From assembly GCA_951406725.2 (NCBI GenBank), contig OX597816.1, positions 59,210,001 through 59,274,000 on the forward strand: DNA of 64,000 nucleotides, given 5' to 3'. Positions 1 through 15,323 of the stretch are shown here, in pieces. Position 1 is the first letter of the stretch. Every line of letters begins with the position of its first letter. This stretch comes from Octopus vulgaris. Its lineage: Eukaryota. The notes under the pieces are model-generated. The model worked only from the letters and a program-made list of their open reading frames with translations. It was not told the origin of the DNA and did no database searches. A program made the translations under genes and the position numbers.

Positions 1-88
1 TAAAGTAAACCAGATTTTAAAAATCAGAGCAACTATAAGTAGTATAAAAAAAACCCCCAAATGCACGCACGCACGCACACACAAGTAC

Positions 89-173
89 CTTGTCGCAAAG
101 CTCCAAAAATTTCTTCCTGTTTCCGAGGACCCAGTAAAGCTTGTTCAGCTTGTCGCTTTTGTTCTTTTTTCTC
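89..173 (-). CDS. KMT2C: KMT2C/D exon (EKKEQKRQAEQALLGPRKQEEIFGALRQ)
   Basis: TAG acceptor at 174-176, GTACTT donor, 85 nt, phase 0 to 1; continues the PLLIQDLLEE motif. Confidence 0.88.
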
Positions 174-3100
174 CTAGTTTAAGGAAAAGAATATATAATA
201 ATTATTTTACTCGTTACATTTATACATAAAATATCTATATATAAATTGAAAACAAAGTAATTCAAGAAACCTTAATGTAAACATACCTCTTCAAGTAAAT
301 CTTGTATTAACAAAGGTTGTTCTTGTGATGGTCTTGTGTGACTAAGTGCAAGAGTTCTAGGCACTGAATTTCCTTGATTTGTAAAACTACCTGGCTTTCC
401 AGGTATGTGTGCTTTTACAGTTAATGATGGATGGTTTGAAGGATAAGGTGTTGGTGACCTATGCAAATTACCAATTGTTGGGGCTGAAGCTGCTAGATTA
501 GACTGCTCTAAGTTAGGGCGGAGACTCAAAGACTGACCATCAGGCTGATAATATAATCCCGTTTGACTGTTTGGAGCAGCATATGTTCCAGGTGTTTGAG
601 ATGGTGAAACATATAAACTACGCGATGCCATAGTACCAACATCAAAAGTAGATTCTGCATTTTGTGTTATTTGTTGTGATGCTTGACTGTTAGTGCTTTC
701 AAGAGGCCATGATATATTTCCGGTAGTTGTTTGAGTACTTAAAGGCATTTGTGCAGAAGCAGCAGAATTACTGAAAGTATTAAAAGAAGCAGAAGGTGGT
801 AGTTGCACTATAGCAGTTGTTGGTGTATTAATACAAGATTGATCCATTCCTGATGAAAGAGAAGTTGGAGAAGCTTGTGGATGCTTTAGAAAATTTTGAT
901 TAGTAACTGATTGTCCATATAATATACTATTAGGAGTTGGTGTCAGAATACCACCTCGTGGTGGTAAATGAGTCTGTGGTTGCCCATAAGTACCTTGCAT
1001 ATACTGGTTGACAGGAGGCACTGTCCCACGACCAAGTTGATGGAAACCTAAGGTTGGACTACTCTGACCAACATTAGGAACAGTAGTGGATGCTGACTGA
1101 GAATTTTGATTATACTGTATAACTCTATCAGCACCTGAAAGATATGGTGATTGTGCTCTGCTAGAAGGTGCACTTGGAGGTGTGTGCCCAGCAGAGGAAA
1201 CAGAACCAACACTAGCAGTAGTTAATGACTGTGGATAACCAGGGCTAAAAGGTGACTGTGCAGTTGATGCTGACATTGGAGAATGTCTTGTCAATTGACT
1301 AGATGATTGTGGTCCTGATACTTGTCCAAAGGGAGAATGTGCTGATGGAGTCCTGGGAGATGACAGTCCAGATTTTGGTAAACTGTCTTTTGGTGATGGT
1401 AACATACCAGACATTTGCCGCGACGGTGGTCTAGATCTTTCAATCATTGTTGACAAAGATTCAATAGGGCTGTTACATATTGTTCCACTTTGTAAAGTAG
1501 ATTGTACTTTAGGAGATGATGCTGATAAATTACTCATGGATGATGTTGGTGAGGATTCTTTTTGCTCTTTCATACTTTGTGATGAATTCTGATTTTGTAA
1601 ATCAGGTTCAATTTTCATTACTAAACTCTTCTGGTCAGGAGAACTTTGTAAAAGAGCAGCTATATGGCGACTATTTTGAATTGTAGAAGATTTTTCTGTA
1701 TGCCCCTCTTTATTCAAAACTGATCCCTTTGTATCACTGTTAGAAGTACTAGGTGGTGTTGGAGGTGGTTCTTCCTTTCTCATTTGGCTAAACTCCAAAA
1801 ACTTGGCTTGAAAATCTGATTGTGATTTTTGTTCTGATGACTGAATGTTATTCGATTTAGAATCATTTGTTTCTGAAGAAATAATAGTTTCTTCCGAGTT
1901 TGATTCAGTTTTAATGGTTTCTGTTCTCTCATCTGCAGCAAGACTATTGCTTTCATCCGGGCTATCTTGACGCTCTTCTTCTTTTGAATCACCATTGCAA
2001 TCTGTTTCATCCAATACAAGCTCATCTAAAAAGTCAGTACCCAGTTCTTTATTCAATTCTGGATCAGCATACTGGAGTATATCAAATGTTCCATCCTCAT
2101 CTGAAAGATAAAGAAAAAACATTTTTTAACAAATTTCTACACAAAGTAGTTTGATTAATGGAATAAATTTAAATGCTATAGTACAATGGTTTCCATAGTT
2201 TCAGTGACACAGTTACAGTACTTCCTAATACTTAAAGTATGCAACACCTCTTATTATATGAATAACAAACAATAATAAACTTAACTTAAAACTTGTGTTA
2301 TCCTTAACTACCATATAAAACACATCAATTAGAAATCACTGCTATAATTCAAAGAAATTATCTACCAAAATGGGGGTAAAACTTATGAGTAAAACAGTGT
2401 GTGTGTGGATATGCACACAAATGCTCCAATTCATTTTATAACTGTCAATATATATAAAATGCATCGACAGTACTACTTAAGTGTGTGTGTGTGTTCACAT
2501 GCTGGCATGGCTGTGTGGTTGAGAAAGTTAGCATCACAACTTTCAGTTTCAGTCCCATTGTGCAGCATCTTGTATAAGAATCTTACTATAGCCTGGGCTG
2601 ACCAATGCCATATAAGGGAATTTGGACGACAAAGGGGTGCAGAAAAACCTGTTGTACATAAGTGTATGTGCATGCACATGTGTGTTGTGCATCAATGTTT
2701 ATATATTCCACACTCATCACCACTAGAGCAAAGCAGTGCCAGTTTTGACACTCCCTGTTAGCATTATGAGTGGTTGCTGACAAGTAAAAATATTCCTAAC
2801 TTGAATAGGTAAAGGTTGGAAACAGGAAGATCATCCAGCTGTAAAATCCTCTCTCAAGAATCTCCATCCAAATCCATACTAACACGGGAGAAAGGACACT
2901 GAACAAACATGAGTAGACTTAACTCTTTAGCATTTAAACTAACCATATCTGGCCCAAATATTCTAATTGCTTTATGTTCAAACTGGCCAGATTAACACCT
3001 AGCCTACAATGTCATTCTAAAAATAAACAATCACATCATTGGAAACTTGAAACGATGAGACAACGCATGATTAATTCAGAGCAATGTTAATAAATGAACA

Positions 3101-6100
3101 CTAACATGAATGCTAAAGGAATAAATATGTTCACCTTAGAAAAGCATAGATGCAAGTAACTAGCCAAATAACTACAATTACTCCACCAAGGAAAAAAATA
3201 ACTGGAACTGTTTCAATCAATTCTTATGTTAAACTAAATTTACATTTACTTCTTTTTCTACAAACTATGAACTAAACTAACTTTCTCTTGATCAAATCTA
3301 CCTTTTACTTGTTCAAAATTGTTTTCTCTTACAATATATGTAATTTTCATACAGAAGAGATTCAACCTAAACTGAAACAGCAACTTCTGTCTATGAATAT
3401 TAAAGACATAACAGGTGAAATAAGAAATCAAATTATATAATGAGTGTACATCACTTAAATTTATTTATTTTAATGAGAAAATAATGAATAGATTCATTGC
3501 AAAATAATACAATTCTACACACACACATGCATGATTGTGGACTTAAAAGTTTTTATTGCAACCATTGTCTGGTACCTTGGGTAAGTGCCTTCTACTATAG
3601 CTTTGGGATCAGTAAAGTCTTGTGAGTGACATTTAGAAGACGAGAGCTCTACATTAGTGTTTTGTGTATGCTTGTTTCCACATCTTCACATTGATACCAT
3701 TAGACACAGAGAGACATCATAAACAAGATGCTCAGCAGCTTGTCAGTTCAAGTTGCAAAAAATATAGAATGAAGTACCTTTCATGAAAACAAGTAATAGT
3801 TGGTATCTAGCAGGGCATCCAGTCCTAGAATGCTATTCCAGAAAAGCTGTCCACCTATGCCAGCATGGAGAATGTGGACACTAAATTGAAGATATATTAC
3901 CTAAATGATAATGTATATATTATTACTTACTTAATAAATCATTGATTTCATCTTTATTATCGTCATCAAATTGGTCTTTTGTTTCTCTCGGATTTTCTTG
4001 AGATCCAGACTGTGGTTGGTTATTTCCAACTAGACTAGACTGTTGCTGCTGTTGTTGTTGCTGTAGTTGAAGCCTTCTTTGTTGTAATATAGCATCATTA
4101 TTCTGTGAAATACGTTCTTCTTGGGAATCTAGTTGACCAGAATATTCTGAAAATTGTCGATTGAAAACCTCCCCTTGCTTTTGTAAAACATCTTTAACAT
4201 CTCCATCACTTTGCTTCAAAGATGTAGAAGAATAAGTGAACTGAGGAAAGCCTGCAGCCTGCTGAGTTGCAGCAGTCGCTTGTGTTTGACTATGTCCAGG
4301 AGTTTGTGGAGAAAGTTGATTTGTTGGTGCAGATTCTTCACCTGACAACTGTTGTTGCGGTTCAGAATGCACAAATTCATATGGACTGGTAGGATTGCTT
4401 TTTGATAAAGATGAAGGTGATGATAAATTAGAAGCTGGACCTTGACAAGAATTTCGACTACGAGCAATCATTTGAAACAACTGAGCTCGCTGTAATTCTT
4501 CAGAGTTCATTTCCTGAAAAGTATTAAATAATGATAAGCATTATAAAGAAAACGAAAATACAAAAATAAGGTAATCAGACCTACACTAAATTACACACAT
4601 GAATATAATTTCAAACAGTTAGGTAGGATAATTATTTTATTAAAGTTACAATGAAAACTTATTTTTAGGAAAAAAAAAAACTTACTGTTTTCATTTTGTT
4701 GCCATCTGGAAATGGGGGCCGTAAGCCAGGTAACTGACCAGGAATAAATCCCGTACTTCCAGGAACTCTTGGTGTTACCTGAGGACTAAGTGGAGAATGA
4801 ACTTGAAGATTTCGGTGTGGTCCAGGTCCAAAATTTTCAGTTTCTGTGAAAAATAATTTTTGTTGAAATTTATCATCAATTCAAAGACAAATTCTGGAAG
4901 CAATATTCACAATTAAAAATCTATTTCATTGAAGTGAACAGGATGGATATTATACAGGAGGCTTGAAGAGACTAAATTCCTCTGCTCACAATATTGTTCA
5001 GTGCAGAAATAATTTGTTAATATTTTAACAAATCAGTTCTTTTTTTCCCTCTTTTCTGCTATATTGCCTAAGTTTGAAAAATGTTGGGGAGTTGCAAACT
5101 TGAAATTGCTTTCTAAAGTCTGTTTTCAAAGATTCAGACACTGTCTAAAATGTATTTTCCCTAATATACAAGATTATATAAAATGGTCAATATACAATTA
5201 AATATGTTAGAAAATTAAGTATTTTAACACAACTAGAACTTTGAAACAAAAATGGGCAGCTGAATTTAGGAGGAGAAAGGTGAGTCTTGAAGATGACCCA
5301 AGCTCTGGACATCCTGCAACTACCATCACCAAGGAAAACATTGATCATGTTCACCACATGCTGATGAAGAACAGGCAACTGACAATAAATCAAATAGCTA
5401 ATGCTGTGAGAGAGTTGAGAATATTCTGCACAATGTACTTGGCATGACAAAGATTTCTGCTCAGTGGATGCCATGTTTTGACACCTGATCAAAAGCACAT
5501 CAGGCTAATCACATCACAGCAAAATCTTCTAACATTCTTTCGAGGCAAATCCAGCTGGTTTCTTTGAAAGTTTCCCAACCCAGGATGAGTGCTCACTTGA
5601 ACATCACTTTGAGCTAGAGACAAAGAGACAATCCATGTAGTGAAAACACCCCTCTGCATCTGCTCCAAACAAGGCCAAGGTTGTTTCATCTGCAGGGAAG
5701 GTGATGGTGTTTCTTGGAATGCAAAAGGCATTGAGTTTACTATCTTCAAAAGAGCCACACCATCAACAGATAGTACTACGCCAAATTCCTGAGGCAATTA
5801 CTAAAGGTTATCAACACCAAATACCCAGGAAAACTGACGAAAGGGGTCTTGTTTCATCAGAACAATCCCCCAGCACACAAGTCCTTGTTTTCAATGGCTG
5901 CTGTGCATGACTGTGGCACTGAACTGGCTGATCATCTTCCTATTCTCTTGATTTTGATCCAACTGACTATCATCTGTTCCCAAACATGAAAAAATACTTG
6001 GCTGGGAACCAGTATTGCATTGTTGATGACTTTTTTTTTTTTTTGACCAACAGGATGACAGCTTCTTTACCAATGGGATTCAAACACTGCAACAGCAATG

Positions 6101-7038
6101 GAAGAAGTGTATGGAACACAGGGAGGACTGATTTGGTCACATTCCATGAGAATATCTTGGTCAACCTATAAACTTTTCAGTCGCCACTCCTTTAGTAATA
6201 AAAGCATTAATAGTTTATAATAGATTTGCATATTGTACTGAACTAAAATATTTTATACATTACTTATTAAGATACTTTTACTTAGCAGCTAAATAATGAC
6301 AAATATTTTAAGATAATGATAATGTATAGAGGAATTAATTGCCATACCTGTTGGCCAAATTGGAGATGTTGGAGATTTTATTGCCATTTTATTAGCTTCA
6401 TCTTGTTGCTGCTGTTGTTTCTTCTGTTGCCTTTGTATAGATTGCTGAGCTAAGAGAACCCGCAATTGACGCTGAGCATCAGATCGACTTAAATCCCCTT
6501 CTGGTGAAACAATGTTAGGCTGAAAAACAAAGTTATAAAAATGTTAAATAATTATTACAAATTGCACTAAAACTTACTCTCTTTTTCTCACACACATACA
6601 AATACATGTAGGTGCAGGCATGACTGTGTGGTTAAGAAGTTTGTTTCACAAGAATGTGGTTTCAGATTCAGTTGTACTGAGCAGTAATAGGTTTGGCAAT
6701 TGCCTTATAAATGGAATTAGTAGATGGAAACTGTATGGAAACTATTGTGTATACATGTACGTGCACATGTAAGTATATACTTATATTCTGTGTTGTCTTC
6801 ACATTAAATCACTGAAGTAAAAAAGCAGTGACTTTACATTGACAATTCCCTGCAACAAGTTGCCTCATAGCACAACACTTTCAAAAGACAAACGGAATAA
6901 AAACAGGAAATGGTTAATGATAGGAAGAATGTCCAGCAGTAAAACAATGCCTTAATAATGTATTCAGACAACCTACACTAGCACGGTAAAAAAAAAAAAA
7001 AGACGCTGAATGACCAAAATTCTCTTCCTTTCTTTTTC

Positions 7039-7069
<31 letters not shown>

Positions 7070-10000
7070 ATATATACATACACACACACACATATATATA
7101 CACATATATAAACTTCCTTTTTTAATAGAATTGTATTAATGACTTAGTACCATCAGATTTATTGCAGGAGTAAAACACATTTTTTAACCAGGGACTGAAG
7201 TATGAAAGACACTCTACAATTAATTTTTTTACAAAACGTGTCATTTGTACTTCAATACCAAGTTGAATAAATGCAAACAGGGATGGGATGGTGAGTCTAG
7301 GATATTGATATAATTCTGATAAAAAATTATTTATCCAGCCAAGTACTCATACCAAGTACTCTTACTCCAGCCATTCACAAGGATTGATTTTGGGTATCTC
7401 TGAAATATCAGCAACAATGTCTTTTAAAGATACTTTAAAGTAATCCTTGAACCTCTTCCTTTGGTCCATAACTGCACTTTTCCCACCACAGTCCTGTATA
7501 CAGGGACCACTGGGATGTAGTAGTCTGACATGTAACTAACATATCTAGCCTATCTGACAAAAGGCTGCTCATTCCCACCATCAACATCTTCATGTCCAGT
7601 TTTCACTGCTTGACATAATATTTTTAAAGCTTTCTAACAATACACATTTGTTAGTTCCCTTCAGAATTTTACCTTTATGTAATATCTTATATACAATTTG
7701 AATGTAAAACCATTAATTTCCTTATAGGGATATAGATATAAGAGAAGTTATAGATGTAAATTTAAATGTAAAGGGAACATATAATTATTTTGATAAGAGA
7801 GGTAACTTATATTTATTTCAACAAAAACAACTGTTTAGAATTCTGAAGGTGAAAGTGTGAGGATAAATTTTTGAAAGTTTAGGATTTAAGTTGAAACAAG
7901 GAATGAAATTTTAAATGTGTTGCAATAAAATGCTTAAGTTTTGTGATGGATTATAAAACATGATAAAATTAAAAACAATTTTTATGAAATGGAGAAAAAA
8001 AATTTTTAAACCCTAAAAGATTATTTGTAAATTTACATTACTTTTGAGTCCTAAATTAAAGAAATTTTAAGCTAATGTAAGAAAGTATATGAATTTTAGG
8101 TTAGAAGGTAAAGAGATATGGACTTTTAGGCTTTGGAAGTTACAGCAAAGTGAATATGTGTACAACATGCTGGAGAATGAATATGTAAAAGGAAATAATT
8201 TAGAAAAGGCAGTGATGGAAGCAATTACAGGTAAAAATACACACAAAGATACAGGTATATATGTAAAAAAGATATACAAGAATATATATACAAATATATA
8301 TATATATATGTGTGTGCGTGTGTGTGTATAACTATCTAAAACTATTCATACGGTCAGTCTAAAATGGCTTTTGCGTGGCATATCATCTCACTCAGATAGC
8401 ACCTAAAAGGGAAATTAGTACTAAAAAATATTTGCACTGAAAACTCATCATTTTATGTCCACTTTATGAGCTGTCATATGTTAAATCAGTTCTTGCTTAA
8501 CCCTTTTGTTACTGTATTCATTTTGAGATGCTCTGTGTTTCTTTCAATTATTTTAAATATAACAAAGAATTTAGTAAAATAACTTAGTTATCATTAAGCT
8601 AGTATTAGGAATATAAATTGCGACTAAGGTTTGGTGGTATATTTTGATGCAAAACTTATGAAAACAAGACATTTGTACTACAGAGCCAGAGCCGGTTTTG
8701 GCCAGGTTGGTAACGAAAGGGTTAAGGTTATGAGCCTTGTATGTGTGGCCAAGAGACCTCACTTCTCTCATCCTTTTTCTTTTTCTGAATGATTTCTACA
8801 GGTGATAGCTGGATACTCTTACTAACACCAACCATTTTACATAATATAGAGTAACAAGTGGGTTTTTTTTTTTTTTTTTTTTTGCACCAGCACTAGAGAA
8901 ATTCTCATGTTCTCAACGAAACAAATCTATAAGATCCTCCCAACCCAACGAGGCCTCCACACATCCACCAACCAATTTACAGTGTGAACTGGATGCATTT
9001 TTTCATGACACCAGCTCTAGGTAGGTAGTTATGTCCTTCTCAAGTCAGTGTTTAAAGGACCTGTCTACTCTGAAGTTATTCAGTGTGTGGAATGAATGAA
9101 TGAATGAATGAATGAATGAATGAATGAATGAAGGAAGGAAGGAAGGAAGGAAGGGAGGGAGGAAAAAGAAGATAGAACTAGAATAGAGTCTCTGACCAAG
9201 TTCCATACTCTGTGTCTGATGAGTGCTTTTATGAGCCATTCAAGCTATGTACAGAGGTACAGTCAAGAAGGTGTGTTCACAATAATTTTAAAGACAAATT
9301 TAGTATACAGTTAGAGGGCCATCAAGGCTCAGTTCACAGTCTTCTATTTATTGTAAGTTCTTATAGCTGAAACTGTAGTAGATTTAGGGTTTTGAATGTG
9401 GAGGCAAAACCTGGTTAAGAGGTATCAAACTGAAATTAGCTAAAACTTAACTTTTAAAAAACAGAAGAGAAGATAGGACTCTGCTATCATCAAGGAAATG
9501 GCCTGGCTCAATATACAACACAGGAGTACATAGACTTTCCTTATGATGTACCTAATGTAAACTATGGTTACACAAAAAGTGCAGTGGGATCACAGGTAAG
9601 CTAATGGAGAAGATAGGCTCAATATGCAGTAAGTGCACCTTTAAACCAGCAATATCTGACCCAAATATTTTACATTTTATGCTCAAACTATCTAGATCCA
9701 GCCTCTCACACCTATCCTATACTGTTGTTCTAAAAATAAACAATCATATCATCAAAACATTGAAGTTATGAGATAATAGGTGATTAATTCAAAAACAATG
9801 TGAACAGAAGCACACAGATAGTGCAAACTTCTGTCAACGCAACACCAACGTCCTCTCAACGATTAACCAGAGATGATTTTTAAAATGAGAATATCTGAAA
9901 TAAAATCCTTCAATGAATATCATGAGGCCGTTTGGTTTTCTCTTCTCTTAAATTCCGATCTTCCTTAAATAATCTTGTTGTTTTAGATCAATGTATAGAA

Positions 10001-13000
10001 TTGTGTAAGTATACTGTAGAGTGTTAAAATGTATGAATAATCTCCTAATATAATAATGAGCATTGTCTTTTTATATATAAATAAAATAGAGTGAGAGGTG
10101 AAGGTAGAGGAGATAAATAGCAAAGACAGCATCATATGAATGAGAAAGGAAAAGGTGATAAATGAATAAGGAAGGTGTGATAAAAGGATTTGAAGTGTGA
10201 GTATATGTGTGTGTGTGTAAAAGAAAGGTATGTTTGCGTGTGTGTGTGTACAATGGAAATGGGATGGTAATGATCAACACTGAAAATGTGTGTGTATGTG
10301 TGTGCATGTACAAGAGAACTATGTGAAACTTTACATATGCATGTAAAGAAAACATAAAAAATAATCCAGAATCCTTGTCTGGTACCGGATCAATCCCAAA
10401 ATCTAATCAGTTCATGCCAGTCATGAGGCCAAACAACCCTGAAAGTTTTATCTGAATCCATCCAGCGCTTCTTGAGATATCTTGTCCATGGATGGGCAAA
10501 CAAATAATCAAAGAAACACGACTGAAAACAATACCTCCGCCTTTGCTAAGGTGGAGGTAATGAATAAACTTTACATTTGACAGAGTTAGCTAATGCTAAA
10601 GAGTAAACAATAAGAGCATAAATAGATTCCCTCAAATGCTCAGAAAGTTCACTGAACATTTTAGATACTGAGATGTCTAATTAACAGTGGGAGTGTGTGC
10701 TCTGAGAATATATCAGCAAGAATAAGAATGCAAAGTAAAAAGTTTAGGGACCTATTACCTCTATTGGCAACATAGGGTTTCGCTTTTACTGAATGGCAGA
10801 TGGTGTGCTGTCTGCGTATGAACTGTGATGTTGCAAGATAGCAAAACACAGCTTTACAATGTAGAGAGTTTCTATAGACTAGGCAAAAATGAAGCAAGCA
10901 AGATTTGCTGGATATATAATGTATGTGTGTACATAAATGATAAAACACAAATGAATTGAGGTCTGAATTGAGCCTCATGAAGGAGATAACAAAAGAATAC
11001 AATGATTGGTGGCACACAGTGCTAGAGAAGGCCTGCTTATGCATGCAATCATATCATAACAAATGTTAACATGCTGGTTGAGTTGAAAGCTGCGAAGTAT
11101 GTATCTAATTTTGGGACTATTGCTCAATATATTTCTATTTACCAAACTCACCTCTTTGATAACCTCCCTCTAGTTCTATCAGTTACTCACTAGTCACCTT
11201 CACACTTATCCACTATTTCTCCCATGTTATTATCACTCTTTTCAGTCACCCACCCTTCTTTTAGCCTTCCTGGACACAAGCCAACTTCATTATTGATGGT
11301 GGTGTGGTAAAATGCACCCTGTACAGAGCAAAGAAGAGATGACATAGGGTTAAGAAAACCCTTTAGCCTGTTCTAGAATATGATAGCCTCTCTCATACGG
11401 TCCCATATTAAAATGCACCCAGTACATTTCTGTAAAGTTGGCATGAGAAAAGGCATCTGACCATAGAAACATTTCCAAAAGTGGAACATTGTGAATGAGA
11501 CATGATGCTCTTACTCATTTAGGAAAACATTTTTTTTGTTTTTGCATGCATACAGATATAGATACATGTGGATGCAACATAGTCAAATAGTTTTTTTTTA
11601 AATGCTTCACATTTATAGTGCTAGATTCAACTGCATTGTGCATTATCTTAGGCAAATGTCTTTTATGATAGCCTCAAATCATCTTAAGCCAGTTGAATGA
11701 AATTAGGTATACAGACATTATGTGATAATTTGCTGAACTCTACCAAAAAAATCAAAATGCCAACATTGTCACACATTTTGTCAGGCTGAGAGTAGACAGG
11801 TCAGTAGAATATCCAACCACTTACATGCTAACTGAATCAAACAACTGAATACTTATTAAAACCAAAGAATCTTCATTGACAAATGCATGTGCATGCATGC
11901 ACACACAATGTAATTATATGGACTGATGTGAATAGAAAGGGAATGATGTATGGAACAAGTGAAATTTTACTTCAGTTTACTGGGGGGGGGGCTTTTTTTA
12001 AAAAAAAATTACATCTACTAGCACTTACAGTGTTATATGCACTGCCACATAATGTGATTATTTAATATAGTTGATGAAACTACATTAATACAAGGACTGA
12101 TTATTTAAATATAATGTAATCTGGGGACAAAAAACTATTTTAGAATACCACATCTCATTTGAAAGCAGACCTGGTACCAATAAAGACACAGATGCATGAT
12201 GAAATTATCACAAATATACAGATATAGACACCAGTGAATATAGCAATATAGAAACTACTCTATGCATTTCATTTTTTACCTTTAGGTAGCTCTGTAATCA
12301 AACAAATATAAGAACCTTGTGATGTATTTCACTTTTAAAATGTTGAAGGAGAATGTTAACAACATTGATCTCACTAGTGTTAGAGGGTCTGTGAGGGCAT
12401 GAGCACAGCCCCCTCCCCAAGATCAAACCAATGAGAAAAAAACGCATTGTGCACACAATACTGAGAAAGACTGTGTGTGTGTGTGTGTGTGTGTAAGTGA
12501 AATGTGACCACAAATACAAAAACTGAATACACAAGAGAAAGATATATATGTGTGTGTGTGCATTCACGCACACTTCTATATTGCATTCTTTATTTTTTTT
12601 CTTTTCAGCAGACCACTGGCATATCAAAAAAAAAAGAAAGAAAAAAATTGCATGCAGTAACAGATAGCTCTATTTACAGTCTCAAACCACCTAATTATCA
12701 GTAAGTATACTAAATATATTACAATGAGGAAGCACAAATTTTATGGTTCCTCTAGTGTTGACTTCATGTGAAGGTCTATAGCAGCAAAAAAAAAAATGTA
12801 AGAAAAATATTTTTTTTAACAAATAACTTGGACAATTGGGTGGGCCAGTGTTTTTTGTTTGCATCTTTTACTTTACATACTTCTTGTAAAATTATTTAAT
12901 ATTATCATTGCACGTTAAAAAAATAAATTAAATAATAATGTATGTACTAGCAAGGAATGTACACACAACACACAAACTTACTCTTTCAAATGGCAATTGT

Positions 13001-15273
13001 GATCTTCCCATAAGATTATTATTACTACTTCTTGGACTCCCCTGAAATTATATTTTAAAAAACAGAGCTATCAAATGATGATCTGATTTGTATGGTAAAA
13101 AAATATACCCCTAGTTTTATTTAGGAACCAATTAACATTTAATAGAACTAAATTACGTTGCAAATTCAATTCATTAAAATAATAAGTTATATTTTAAACC
13201 CTTTATAGTAGACTGACATAGCTGAAATTAAAATTATACCAAAAAATTATCTCAGATTTTTCTTTTTTTTTAAGTTGTAAAAGTATTTTTGAAATGGTTC
13301 TTATTTATATTATGAACAGTGAAGAAATATGAAATGAAGTTTTCAAGTTATACATTAAAGTAAATAGTTTTTTAAAGACGCAATAGATATTCTCTAAAAG
13401 ACTGTTCAGCTTTCTTTCTCAGTTAAACTATGACTGAAATTCTATTAGAACTTGGTGCCCATATGGTTTCTGTTAGAATCAATCTCAGAACTACAGGAGA
13501 AATAAGTACCATGAAGCAAAGAAAAAAAAATGGAGGTGAACCTCACTAAAGTCAATGATAAAAGTTGCCCCAGCAACATTTCAGAAAATAGAAAACAGTT
13601 AAACATTTAGGGTCAGCTATGCAACATAGATTCCAATCGCCCAATATGGGTACAACCAAACAGAAATAAAGATATATAGGTCTGCTTGTTCAATTGTCAA
13701 ACAGAAGGTCCTTGTTCCATACTATCTGAAACATTATGAATACATATTTTCATGTAGCCAAGTAGGCACTTCTATCACAGTACAACTGATTGGCAATATG
13801 AATGTAACTTAATGGAGGAAACAATATATGTGATAAGTCAAGCCATATCTGAAGATGACTCCTGAGAGCAAAATAAAAGTGTAGAGAACAGTGTTTAACT
13901 GACACTGCCCTTAAACCGATCTTACAATGTCTATTAATGTATTTGTATTTAAATATCAACTGGAAACCTCAATAACATGAAATTTCAGCAAATAAAAATG
14001 TGAAACCATCCACTATTATTGCTGTGTTCCCCCTCTGTCCCATGTGCCCTACAACTTTTTGTTTTCCAAACTTCTACATCTATTTCCTATATTTTCATCC
14101 ATTTTAAAAGGTTCTCTGCAGTAATTTTAGTTGCAGTCAGTCAAAATTACACTATTTTCAAAATAGGTGAAAACTGATTGATTTTAACTAAGATATATCT
14201 ATTTTCTGAAATAATATCAACAGTAAAGAGTTAATTCACTAACAGACTGAAGTTGTTTTTCTAAAGGAAAAGAAGAAAATTAATTCCTCTTCCAAACAAC
14301 AACTTTCTTGAGTTATTGGAAGTTGTCCAATAGATAACTACAAAAATTAACCTTTATTAAAAAATATATAAATACAAGGAAAAGATAGCGGAGGATCAAG
14401 TTATGGGACCTTTACAAGCCTGGAGGTGATTTGGGTAGTTTTTGCCATAAATAAAATGGAGATATAAAAGCTATTACAATCTGCAGCAACTGAAGCAAAT
14501 AACTGGAGCACAAGTCTGATTTGTGGTCATCTCTATAGTTCACTATCATGAACAGAACATTGACTTTGAAGCTCTGTTAATATCTACATAAAAATAATAC
14601 CACACAGATAAAACGGTTATTACCTATTTTTAAAGTGAGATCCCTCCTGATATTGTACAGAGGGCATTTAAAACCAATGAGCTAAATAAATTATTGCCCA
14701 GTGAAAAACAATAAAAGGCTACAAAGGTTGAATATTCTCCTGCAAATATATTCTTGACAAATGGGGGGTGGGGGTGAGTAACTGTTGGAAAACTGATGGT
14801 GTAGCTAGCCATTGCTGCTGGGAATTGACGTATGTTAAAAAGACAATGATGTAAAGTGTCATGGACTGGGGCATAATGTGAGACAGAACTTATCTTTTCT
14901 ATACCAAACCATGTTTTTGACTCATATTTTAATTTGGTCATACTTACAGAGATTTAAAAACTGTGGGAGCAAACACAATATGCCACAATGATTGCATGAA
15001 AAAATAGCTATGATTGGGTATTAGAAAAATAAGTTAAAAACTAAAAAGTTATGGGGTGTATAAAAACTCAGAAGGCAAAATAATTTTCTTTCTAACCAGC
15101 TCAATTCAGCTGGAATTACTTAACCACTCATTTATTTCAATTATAAAAATGATTTAGATAAATTGAACTGATAATGAGCTACATTCAGTTGTTAGACCAG
15201 GTAATAAATGGTGATGGCATTTGGCCTAATATATAGAAAAGTCAGGCATGGTCAGTGTGCATGCACTCTCTCA

Positions 15274-15323
<50 letters not shown>

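Noticed and set aside
12316-12388. AG-GT bounded open segment PSNTSEINVVNILLQHFKSEIHHK
   Set aside because: 73 nt, open as that peptide only in phase 2, while the upstream exon ends in phase 0 (TAA in that frame); weak donor.
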